From assembly GCA_012515445.1 (NCBI GenBank), contig JAAYYI010000033.1, positions 10-64,009 on the forward strand: a stretch of DNA of 64,000 nucleotides, in the 5' to 3' direction. Shown in pieces: positions 1-7,934 of this stretch. This DNA comes from Candidatus Bathyarchaeota archaeon. Lineage in GTDB: Archaea > Thermoproteota > Bathyarchaeia > Bathyarchaeales > Bathycorpusculaceae. A program made the position numbers and the translations under genes. Each line of letters begins with the position of its first letter. Position 1 is the stretch's first letter. The notes under the pieces were generated by a model. It ran no database searches, was not told the origin of the DNA, and saw only the letters and a list, made by a program, of their open reading frames with translations.

Positions 1-184
1 GACTAGAAGGATCGGGAATTATGATTGGTTACAGTCGAAATGACTTAATTCTGAGAATATTCGGGTAGGTTATTGATAGTTATCACACCAGGGTGGTTAA
101 TTGTTTGTTGTGTTGTGGATGGGTGGATACATTGTAAGCTGATGTTTTTTTGTAATGGCATTTTGGTGGTTTATAAAACGTCAA

Positions 185-300
185 CAGAAAATTTTTGATC
201 TACTGTTAAAGCAGCAACTGTAGGTTCAACTTAGGCTTGAAAACAGAGAGGCTAGATCTACCCTCCTCAGCGATACCTCCCCCTCCCTTATTTAAAGGGC
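185..300. repeat. Dispersed intergenic mosaic repeat, copy A
   Basis: About 100 nt align to 33366-33474, sharing GTTCAACTTAGGCTTGAAAAC, TAGAyCTACCC..CTCAG and ACCTCCCCCTCCCTTATTTAAAG. The 5' part ATTTTTGATCTACTG recurs at 17863-17885 and, reverse-complemented, at 16081-16100. Confidence 0.75.
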
Positions 301-314
301 TAAACTGAAGATGG

Positions 315-806
315 CTACTTTTTTATCTGTTTAAGCAGCGTCTGCCGGGGCATGAACCCAAATCTCCCATAGAAGCTATACACCTGCTCGTTGCCGACGG
401 TTACTTCCAGAACCTTCTCAGCGGCGCCCTTCTCGTCCATCCATGTCAGCGCCCTAGTCATCAGCGATTCGCCTATACCGAGCCCACGGTAGGCTTCGGA
501 AACGAAGATAGACTCAACCGTACCCAGCTTTGCATCTGACAGACTGCTTACAATGTACCCCACAGCCGCACCGGAGCTTTCATCAATCGTGATATCAATA
601 CGCAACATGCCGCATCCCGCTTTGCTTAGCAGCTCAGATCGGCGCTTCTCCCAAGTCATAGCCGCAAAATGCCCCTTAAAGTGGATTGTGCGTTCGCCCA
701 TCAACCGATTTAGCCCCTCCCACAGTGGTCTGATCTGGTCTATCTCTGATTCATCCGTGAATGTGTACTTGATGTTAGGCGCGGCTTTTTTGGGCATATA
801 CGTCAC
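315..806 (-). CDS. GNAT-family N-acetyltransferase
   Basis: 163-aa ORF. The segment FVSEAYRGLGIGESLM fits the acetyl-CoA-binding R/QxxGxG/A motif and fold spacing of GNAT enzymes. Confidence 0.8.
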   Translation of the reverse strand: MTYMPKKAAPNIKYTFTDESEIDQIRPLWEGLNRLMGERTIHFKGHFAAMTWEKRRSELLSKAGCGMLRIDITIDESSGAAVGYIVSSLSDAKLGTVESIFVSEAYRGLGIGESLMTRALTWMDEKGAAEKVLEVTVGNEQVYSFYGRFGFMPRQTLLKQIKK

Positions 807-892
807 TTGGATAGCTGTGTTGTTGGCGGTTTCTGCTTAAAGCTTTATTTGCACAAACATCCAGCTATTCATTATCAAATTACGAGCAGTTT

Positions 893-1747
893 TTGATGTC
901 AAGCCAAGTAGATAAAGTCCAAGCTTACAGAAAAGAGGAAGAGAGTAAGATAGAGCAGCAATTCCTCAAAGGCAACCGAGACGAAGATTTAGGTGTCTAC
1001 ATCGACGTCTTCTCAGCTAAAAGTAGTGTTGAGGGCCAAAACGGCGGGGTAGTTACGGCTCTTCTGCAGAAGGGACTCCGCGAAGGCCTGTTCGACGTTG
1101 CAATAGTCGCAAGGCGGATGCAGGGCTACACGGCGCAGGCAGTAGTCGCCGATAATGCAGAAGCTGCTCTACAGTTCAAGGGAACAACTTACGTCAAAGT
1201 CAATGTTTCAAAGAAACTCCGAGAACTCCTCGGTCAAGGTAAAAGGCGGATAGCCGTCGTATGCACACCCTGCGAGATTAAAGCTGTACGAAAAATCCAG
1301 CAGACAATCGGCAAAGAAGCCGGAGTCTTAGTAATCGGATTATTCTGTTTTGAAGCTTTCAATCCCGCCAAGCTTAAAGAGGAGCTAGGCAAGCGAGGCA
1401 TCGACTTAGAGAAGGCTGAAAAGACAGAGATCAACAGAGGCAAATTCACAGCAACAGTTAACAGCGAAGCGACTATGTGTAGGGTAAAAGATATTGAGGC
1501 TGCATCCGAGCCGTTTTGTCGGTTCTGCAACGATTTTGTTTCTCGTTTGGCGGATGTCTCTGTCGGCTCCATCGGCAGTAGACAGGGTTACTCGACAGTT
1601 ATTGTGCGCTCCCCCGCTGGAGAACAGCTAGTTAAGGGTAATGACTTCGCCAAAGACACGGTCGATAAGCGGGAGATCGCTAAATTAGTGTGGTTTAAGT
1701 GTGAACGCGCAGAGAAACGCTTTGCTGACTTGAACCCGCAAGCTTAA
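893..1747 (+). CDS. FrhB/FdhB/FpoF-family F420-reactive FeS flavoprotein subunit
   Basis: 284-aa ORF starting at TTG 893 or ATG 896. Motifs GGVVTALL, CTPCEIKAVRK, GLFCFEAF and C-terminal CRFCNDF..ADVSVGS are typical of the F420 hydrogenase/dehydrogenase beta family. Confidence 0.75.
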   Translation: MMSSQVDKVQAYRKEEESKIEQQFLKGNRDEDLGVYIDVFSAKSSVEGQNGGVVTALLQKGLREGLFDVAIVARRMQGYTAQAVVADNAEAALQFKGTTYVKVNVSKKLRELLGQGKRRIAVVCTPCEIKAVRKIQQTIGKEAGVLVIGLFCFEAFNPAKLKEELGKRGIDLEKAEKTEINRGKFTATVNSEATMCRVKDIEAASEPFCRFCNDFVSRLADVSVGSIGSRQGYSTVIVRSPAGEQLVKGNDFAKDTVDKREIAKLVWFKCERAEKRFADLNPQA

Positions 1748-1864
1748 GCCCTGTTTTGACTATTTATTCTGAATGTGAGCGCTGTTTCTTAAGGGTTAGC
1801 GCAATATATGCAAAAGATTTTTTAACTCAAAAGCATTCCCCCTTTAAAGCGAGATGGAAACTCA

Positions 1865-2596
1865 ATGAAAATACTAAACGAGTTTGTACCAACACGTAAA
1901 TTCTTCAAGCTAGCAGAAGAACTCAAAGACCTTGTCGACGGCTGGAACGTAACTGACAGCGCAGCAGGCTATCCAGCACCAAGCGGCGTAGTCGTAAGCT
2001 GTTTACTGAAGAACAAGTACCCAGACAAGTACGTCTGCCCAATCTTCATTCTACATTACAAAGGCCCAGTTGAAGTCGGAGGATTAGCATTAGCATCCGA
2101 CATCGTTGGTTTAGACGGCTTAGCCGTAACCATGGGCGACAAGCCAAGCATCGGCGAACCAATCAAAATGCTTCCTTCATCAGAGGCTGCACGAGACTTC
2201 ATACGAAGCGACAAAGTTAAAATCAAAAACCTAAAACTCGGCTGCTTACTAAGCGCAAGATCAAACGTTGAAGACGCAATCAAACGTGCACAGGAACCAT
2301 GGGACTTCGTTTACTTCATGAGACTAAACGACGACTCATTCGAGCAACTAAAAGCAGTATCCGCTGCATGCAAGAAAATCAACAAGCCACTCTTCGCGTA
2401 CTTCCTCGTCGGAACTGAAAAGAACAAGGAAATCGTGAAAGTAATCGGTTGGCCAGTAACAGCCACAATGGACACTGTTGAAGAGAAAGCAGCAAGACTC
2501 GTCGGCCTAGTTGACGGCATCATCGCTACATGCGCTGGTGACGCTGAAGGCGACAAACTGATGCTGCAGAAACTCCAAAAGTTCCGCACAGCATAA
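1865..2596 (+). CDS. Short MetF-like (methylenetetrahydrofolate reductase family) TIM-barrel protein
   Basis: 243-aa ORF. NEFVPTRK resembles the MetF EFFPPRT motif, NVTDSAAG resembles SVTYGAGG, and GLAVTMGDKP resembles ALRGDPP. It is shorter than canonical MetF (about 290 aa). The assignment is from recalled motifs only. Confidence 0.5.
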   Translation: MKILNEFVPTRKFFKLAEELKDLVDGWNVTDSAAGYPAPSGVVVSCLLKNKYPDKYVCPIFILHYKGPVEVGGLALASDIVGLDGLAVTMGDKPSIGEPIKMLPSSEAARDFIRSDKVKIKNLKLGCLLSARSNVEDAIKRAQEPWDFVYFMRLNDDSFEQLKAVSAACKKINKPLFAYFLVGTEKNKEIVKVIGWPVTATMDTVEEKAARLVGLVDGIIATCAGDAEGDKLMLQKLQKFRTA

Positions 2597-2607
2597 AATA
2601 AACCATC

Positions 2608-2623
2608 GAGACCTCAGGGTCTC
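2608..2623. terminator. Perfect 6-bp hairpin between convergent genes, followed by a T-run
   Basis: GAGACC-TCAG-GGTCTC lies 12 nt after the MetF-like stop and about 35 nt from the 3' end of the signal peptidase gene. A T-rich tract sits at 2640-2657. Confidence 0.4.
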
Positions 2624-2657
2624 CTCCCCTAATCAATTAATCTATTCTTTTTTCCTT

Positions 2658-3359
2658 TTAAATTATTATTTCATCTTTTGGTTGCGGCTTCCGTTTTACC
2701 ACTGGCAAGACAAATTCAAGAATCACCAGTAAAAGTATAAGCACAAATACCAGTGGCAGACCCCAAGAGACATACCTGAAAAAGAGCGTAACCCAACCCA
2801 AAAGCGGAATCCTTAGAATTACTTTTCCTTCAACTAAATCAGCCGAGACACCCTGCCCGTTTGCAGTGTAGATGCTATTGGAATCATATTCACTTAACGA
2901 AGGAACTGCTGGCCACTTTTCGCCGTTACCATCTCCCTTTGTCTGGAAATGCAAAGTGCCATTTTCTGTGTAGCTAGCCACTATACGATGAACTATGGGA
3001 GTGCCGGTTTGGTCATTGGGTTTCTTGTATACTATTATGTCGCTGTTTGGGTAGTCAGTGTTTAATGTTTTTGGGTCTACGTCTTGGATGATTATTACGT
3101 CGCCCACGTTTAGTGTTCTGTTGAATGGATGAGTTAATGTCCAGAGGAAATCCTCAAGAGTATACGGCCGGTAATCAGGCCCTGGCACGGTGTTGTTGGG
3201 TATGCACATGCTGCTGCTTTCAACCACCCTAACAGGTGTTGAGACACCGAAAATCAGTGGCAGACTAAAGAAGAAACTGAGAACCAGAACTACAACAAGC
3301 ACCATAGAAAGTATGGTTCTAGCGTTCTTGTTGTGCCGTACCCTGTCAAGCACGTTCAA
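2658..3359 (-). CDS. Archaeal-type signal peptidase I (S26B-like)
   Basis: 233-aa ORF with an N-terminal TM helix, the SSSMCIP Ser box, GDVIIIQ, the IVHRIV His box and a C-terminal TM helix. Confidence 0.7.
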   Translation of the reverse strand: MNVLDRVRHNKNARTILSMVLVVVLVLSFFFSLPLIFGVSTPVRVVESSSMCIPNNTVPGPDYRPYTLEDFLWTLTHPFNRTLNVGDVIIIQDVDPKTLNTDYPNSDIIVYKKPNDQTGTPIVHRIVASYTENGTLHFQTKGDGNGEKWPAVPSLSEYDSNSIYTANGQGVSADLVEGKVILRIPLLGWVTLFFRYVSWGLPLVFVLILLLVILEFVLPVVKRKPQPKDEIII

Positions 3360-3475
3360 ATGTTTTCCTTCATGTCAAGGCGACCCCTTGTCTTATAAGA
3401 ATTTGTTAACTCCACCCAATCGGGAAGATAATATTTAAGTTCATGCATAATCAGGCATCTTAAGGAGAGCTAACT

Positions 3476-4234
3476 ACGAACACAATCCAAGTATTACCCG
3501 TCACAGGCTTACCACTAATACATCCCGGCGACCAATTAGGCAAGATGATCGCGGAAGCAGCAGAAAAGCAGGGTACCCCAATACAGCCGCACGACGTCAT
3601 CGTAGCCACCCACGTCGCTGTCTCAAAATCTGAAGGCAACATAGTAAACCTCGACGCCGTCAAGCCGTCCGAGAGAGCTATCGAGATCGCTAAGCAAACA
3701 AACAAAGACCCCGCAATGGTGGAAGTTATCCTGCAGGACACCAAAGAAATCGTCCGCATAGGCCAAAACAGCATCATAACCGAAACCAAAAGCGGCGTCG
3801 TCTGCGCCAACTCTGGGGTAGACCGCTCAAACGTGGCGGGCGACCGAAACGTGGTACCTCTGCCAAAAGACCCTAACGCTTCAGCGGCTAGAATCCGGCG
3901 GGAAATAGTTGAGCAATCCGGCGTTGAGGATGTGGCTGTTATCGTGTCTGATACCCATGGGCGTCCGTTTAGGATGGGGGAAATCAACATAGCAGTCGGC
4001 TACGCTGGCTTCAAACCTATCAGGGACAGGCGTGGAGAGAAAGACCTGTTCGGATATGTGCTGCGCATAAAGATGACTGCGGTTGCAGACGAGTTAGCTT
4101 CAGCGGCTGAGCTTGTAATAGGTCAAGCAAATGAAGGAATCCCCGTGGCTATCGTGCGAGGCTACAACTATACATCAAGCGAAGAACAAACCACACAGCT
4201 TATCCGAGCTAAGGAAAAAGACCTGTTCAGGTAG
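3476..4234 (+). CDS. cofE: Coenzyme F420:L-glutamate ligase CofE (start proposed at ACG 3476; first ATG is 3545)
   Basis: Motifs GVVCANSGVDRSNV, PLPKDPNASA and DTHGRPFR are present. The conserved N-terminus IQVLPVTGLPLIHPGDQL is encoded upstream of the first ATG, in a stretch with no ATG/GTG/TTG. GGAG at 3464-3467 lies 8 nt before ACG 3476. Product confidence is high; the start is uncertain. Confidence 0.85.
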   Translation, partial: TNTIQVLPVTGLPLIHPGDQLGKMIAEAAEKQGTPIQPHDVIVATHVAVSKSEGNIVNLDAVKPSERAIEIAKQTNKDPAMVEVILQDTKEIVRIGQNSIITETKSGVVCANSGVDRSNVAGDRNVVPLPKDPNASAARIRREIVEQSGVEDVAVIVSDTHGRPFRMGEINIAVGYAGFKPIRDRRGEKDLFGYVLRIKMTAVADELASAAELVIGQANEGIPVAIVRGYNYTSSEEQTTQLIRAKEKDLFR

Positions 4235-4276
4235 ATTCAAAAAGCCCAGCCGAGTAGAAAGATTAGAGTTGAAAGG

Positions 4277-4606
4277 ATGCAAGCACAAACACCCCAAGAA
4301 TTCTTTAGCACAATTTTACCTCAACGGTTCAAACCAGCGAAAGCAGCCGGCATAAACGTCGTCGCTCAAGTAAACATTTCTGGACCCGAAGGGGGCAGTT
4401 GGACAGTTACAATCAAAGATCAAAAGATGACTGTAACCGAAGGCGTGGACCCTAACGCTGAGTTAACGCTAAAAATGAACCCGGCCGATTTTCTGGATAT
4501 GGTAAACGAGAAGTTGAGTGCAGAGAAAGCCTTCTTTACCGGAAAAATCCAGTTTAAAGGCAATATCGCAGTCGCCCTGAAGCTTAAAGACGCTGGCTTT
4601 TTATAA
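4277..4606 (+). CDS. SCP2 (sterol carrier protein 2-like) domain protein
   Basis: 109-aa ORF. The C-terminal pattern ADFLDMVNEKLSAEKAFFTGKIQFKGNIAVALKL is typical of the SCP2 fold. Confidence 0.7.
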   Translation: MQAQTPQEFFSTILPQRFKPAKAAGINVVAQVNISGPEGGSWTVTIKDQKMTVTEGVDPNAELTLKMNPADFLDMVNEKLSAEKAFFTGKIQFKGNIAVALKLKDAGFL

Positions 4607-5146
4607 GTCCAGCTTATGGGCAACTTCCGGCGGCAGCGGCTCCTGACAGTACTTAAACGTGTCAGGCTCATCGATTTTACATATTGCTTTAAGCTCTTCA
4701 GCGCTTAGCTGCTTAATCAACTCAACGATTTTGTCATGTGCAACCAAGAACAACTGCTTCAAAGCTGGCTTGTCATGGAAGAGGACGCCGGCGTATTCGC
4801 ATATAACGGTTTTTTTAAGGTAAAATTCAACCATGCCTGTATGGAAGTTTATGTCGAAAGTGATTGGGCTGGCAACGCAGGTTTCGGGTTTAACAGAGTG
4901 CACCATGCAGCGTTTGGTTTTGCGGTCGTTAAAGACGCAGACGCCATCTTCATCTACTGAAGGGTAAGTGTAGCCGCCCTCAGTCGAGAAGGGATTGTCA
5001 ATGTTCAAGCCGTGTTCGTGCATGTATTGAGTTAAAATTTTTTTTCTCTCATCACTTAGCGGTGGCTTGGAACCGTGGCAGCAGGTATTCTTGCAGTTAC
5101 TGCAAACGTCATAGGAGTAGGTTTTTCCGTTGTTATCTTGGGACAT
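4601..5146 (-). CDS. YkgJ/UPF0153-like Cys-rich zinc/iron-chelating domain protein
   Basis: 181-aa ORF with CSNCKNTCCHG (CxxCxxCC) plus downstream conserved Cys residues (GVCVF, KRCMVH, ETC). Confidence 0.6.
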   Translation of the reverse strand: MSQDNNGKTYSYDVCSNCKNTCCHGSKPPLSDERKKILTQYMHEHGLNIDNPFSTEGGYTYPSVDEDGVCVFNDRKTKRCMVHSVKPETCVASPITFDINFHTGMVEFYLKKTVICEYAGVLFHDKPALKQLFLVAHDKIVELIKQLSAEELKAICKIDEPDTFKYCQEPLPPEVAHKLDL

Positions 5147-5752
5147 TTGGGTACCTTAGAACGGTTCATTGACATAGAGGCAATTAATAAGGGTTGAATA
5201 TACTTCGGTGATTGCTTCATGTATAACTCCTCAGTTGGACGCCTCTGGAAACGTTGACCTCCCAAATCTTTTTTTACGCTGTTCTGCGAGGTACAATCTG
5301 ACAAATATTGCCTGTGACGTAAATCTGTTCCCTGTTAAGCGACGCATCAGGTCACTTTTGTAGTGCTGAATTAAAAAGCGGCTTAGTTATAGATTGAGGA
5401 GCCCCCAAACATAGGGGACACGAAATTAAGCTTTATTGCGCTTTTAGGGCTATGAACAGCCGCCTTTACAATTGTTGCATCGCTAATTTTAAATATAACC
5501 TATCAAATACGCCTTCCTATTACTCTGGTGTCCTATGGGTGCTGGTTGTCTCAAGCATCGGCCAAACTGATGATTTCCATAAGCTGAGGTACTTAGCGAC
5601 TTCTAAATACTTTATAAAACGAAACTTGTCTGACCAAGTAATTTTTTTTCAGGGACATTTATTTTTTATCGCAAAAACCTTCACCCCTCTTAGCGCCGAT
5701 TCTCAATCTGCAATGATGAATAACCTACAGAACCCTAACTAAGGAATAACTC

Positions 5753-6871
5753 ATGGAAAAGAACGAAAACTCTGAAAGCAATGAAGAACTAAAAAATCAT
5801 GGACCGTTCTCCCTTCTAGATGGAGCAACCTCTCGTGTACCTACTATTACTCCAGAGCTCTCCTTTGCAAGCAGAATAGCTCGCGACCGCACAAAACCGC
5901 TCGAGGAAAGACTCGAAAACTTTGAGATTATCCTCGACTCCGAAGTAGGCGATACAAGCCTTACTCGTGCACGCAACATTGAACGAGAGATCGGTCTACG
6001 CCAGATTTACCTTAAATTTGAGGGCGGCAACCCAACAGGTACCCAAAAAGACCGCATCGCTTTCTCCCAAGCACTAGATGCTTTGCGACGTGGCTACAGC
6101 GAAATCACCGTTGCTTCATGCGGCAACTATGGCGCAGCCATCGCCTTGGCATCTTATCTTGCAGGTTTGCACTGTTTGATTTACGTTCCAGAAGGTTATC
6201 ATGCGAACCGTATTAAAGAAATCAAGTCCCTAGGCGCCGAATTAATCAAGGTTCCAGGTGACTACGAGGAAGCCGTGATTGTTTCACGTCAGAAAGCAGA
6301 AGAAAACGGTTACTATGACGCAAACGCCGGCGGCAGCAACACTAACTTACAATTCAAAGCCTACGGCGAAATCGCGTACGAAATCTACGATGAGCTCCGC
6401 GACGCCCCTGCAGCCGTAGCTGTACCAGCATCCAACGGCTCCACATTAGCCGGCATCTATCGTGGCTTCATCAGCCTCTATAACAGAGGAAAAACCTCCC
6501 GCATGCCTCGTCTCATCGCAGGCTCATCGTATGGCATGAACCCCATTGTCAACGCCTTCGTTAAGAACATGCCTAACTGCTGCGATTTAGATCCTGATAA
6601 AATTCACAACACAACAGTTAACGAGCCACTGATTAACTGGCGCTCCATCGACGGCGACTACGCCTTAACTGCCATCCGCCAAAGCCACGGCTGGGCAGCA
6701 TACGCCACCGACAAAAGTATGGTGGATTATGCTCGCCTCATCCGCGACAAAGAAGGCCTCAATGTGCTGCCCGCCTCCACCGCAGGCTTAATAGCGTTGC
6801 TAGATAGGCACAAAAAAGAAGCGTACCCAAGCGACCGCTATGTCGTCATATTAACAGGACGTAAAGCGTGA
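5753..6871 (+). CDS. PLP-dependent fold-type II enzyme, threonine synthase-like
   Basis: 372-aa ORF. LKFEGGNPTGTQKDR carries the PLP-lysine motif, a variant of NPTGSFKDR. SCGNYG and a Gly-rich phosphate loop region are also present. Confidence 0.75.
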   Translation: MEKNENSESNEELKNHGPFSLLDGATSRVPTITPELSFASRIARDRTKPLEERLENFEIILDSEVGDTSLTRARNIEREIGLRQIYLKFEGGNPTGTQKDRIAFSQALDALRRGYSEITVASCGNYGAAIALASYLAGLHCLIYVPEGYHANRIKEIKSLGAELIKVPGDYEEAVIVSRQKAEENGYYDANAGGSNTNLQFKAYGEIAYEIYDELRDAPAAVAVPASNGSTLAGIYRGFISLYNRGKTSRMPRLIAGSSYGMNPIVNAFVKNMPNCCDLDPDKIHNTTVNEPLINWRSIDGDYALTAIRQSHGWAAYATDKSMVDYARLIRDKEGLNVLPASTAGLIALLDRHKKEAYPSDRYVVILTGRKA

Positions 6872-6878
6872 CCCAAAC

Positions 6879-7934
6879 ATGGTACAGAAAGCAATAGTGT
6901 ACTGTGACCGAGAATACCTAAACGCAAACGGAAAAACAGCCCACGGACTAGTCCGTTACACCACACGCTACCAAATTGCGGGTGTAGTAGACTCTACTGT
7001 GCCAGCTTCAGGCGATGCTGGAGAAATTCTGGATGGAAAAGCAAGAAGCATCCCCCTATTCCACAACTTGGAGGAGGCCTGTGAAAAAACCAAGCCGGAC
7101 ACTTTTATCATCGGCGCAGTCTCAGAGGGCGGCGTTTTGCCAGCAGGCTATGACAAAGCTGTTGATTACGCGCTGGAGCATCATCTTAACGTCGTGTCGG
7201 GGCTGCATCAATTCATCTCCGACGACCCCCGCTTCGCCTCGGCTGCCAAGAGAAACGGCTGCCAAATCACCGACGTTCGCAAACTCTTCCGCGATCACAA
7301 ACGCTTCTACACCGGTGAAATAAGCAAAGTAGGCGCAACACGAATCGCCGTGCTGGGTACAGATTCCGCAATCGGCAAACGCACCACCGCAGTGCTGCTG
7401 GTTAACGAGTTGCGCAGGCGCGGCAGAAAAGCAGACATGATATTCACTGGTCAAACCGGCTGGATGCAGGGCTGGCCGCATGGCGCCATAATTGATGCTA
7501 TGATAAATGACTTTGTTTCGGGTGGTATAGAGGGTGCAATCATCGATTCTTGGCGTGACGAAGCTCCAGAGTTTGTTTTAATCGAAGGACAAGGCAGCCT
7601 GTTGCACCCGTTTTTCCCCGGCGGTTTTGAGATTATGGCAGCTGGGCAAATCCACGGCTTCACTATGCAGGACGCGCCTGGTAGACCGTGCCTCGATGGG
7701 TTCCCCGGCTACCCAATGCCTGACACACGCCGCGTAGTAAAACTGGCTAATCTTCTTTGCGGCAAGCCGCTAGTGGGCATCAGCATCAATCACGAGAACA
7801 TGACGCCACAGCAGGTTCAAACTGCCAAAGCCGACATGCACAAGAAATTCCATGTGCCCATTGAGGATCCAGTGTTTGATGGCGTAGTTAAGCTGACTGA
7901 TGCAATTGAGAAGCTACGTGACGGTGAAGCTTAA
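6879..7934 (+). CDS. DUF1611-family protein (DgcN-like P-loop/Rossmann protein)
   Basis: 351-aa ORF. The N-terminus has GKTAHGLVRY. The P-loop-like GTDSAIGKRTTAVLL and EGQGSLLHP are typical of DUF1611. It starts 8 nt after the upstream stop. Confidence 0.75.
   Translation: MVQKAIVYCDREYLNANGKTAHGLVRYTTRYQIAGVVDSTVPASGDAGEILDGKARSIPLFHNLEEACEKTKPDTFIIGAVSEGGVLPAGYDKAVDYALEHHLNVVSGLHQFISDDPRFASAAKRNGCQITDVRKLFRDHKRFYTGEISKVGATRIAVLGTDSAIGKRTTAVLLVNELRRRGRKADMIFTGQTGWMQGWPHGAIIDAMINDFVSGGIEGAIIDSWRDEAPEFVLIEGQGSLLHPFFPGGFEIMAAGQIHGFTMQDAPGRPCLDGFPGYPMPDTRRVVKLANLLCGKPLVGISINHENMTPQQVQTAKADMHKKFHVPIEDPVFDGVVKLTDAIEKLRDGEA

Noticed and set aside
3460-3990. 176-aa minus-strand ORF antisense to cofE
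   Set aside because: It lies entirely within the well-supported cofE frame. It is Ser/Thr/Pro-rich with no motif, which is typical of a shadow ORF.
5452-5742. 96-aa plus-strand ORF upstream of the ThrC-like gene
   Set aside because: It is AT-rich and low-complexity with no SD. It runs through poly-T tracts that look like terminators or promoters.
5713-5775. ATGATGA ... CTGA, a possible C/D-box sRNA
   Set aside because: There are no internal D'/C' boxes or terminal stem. The putative D box lies inside the ThrC-like coding region.
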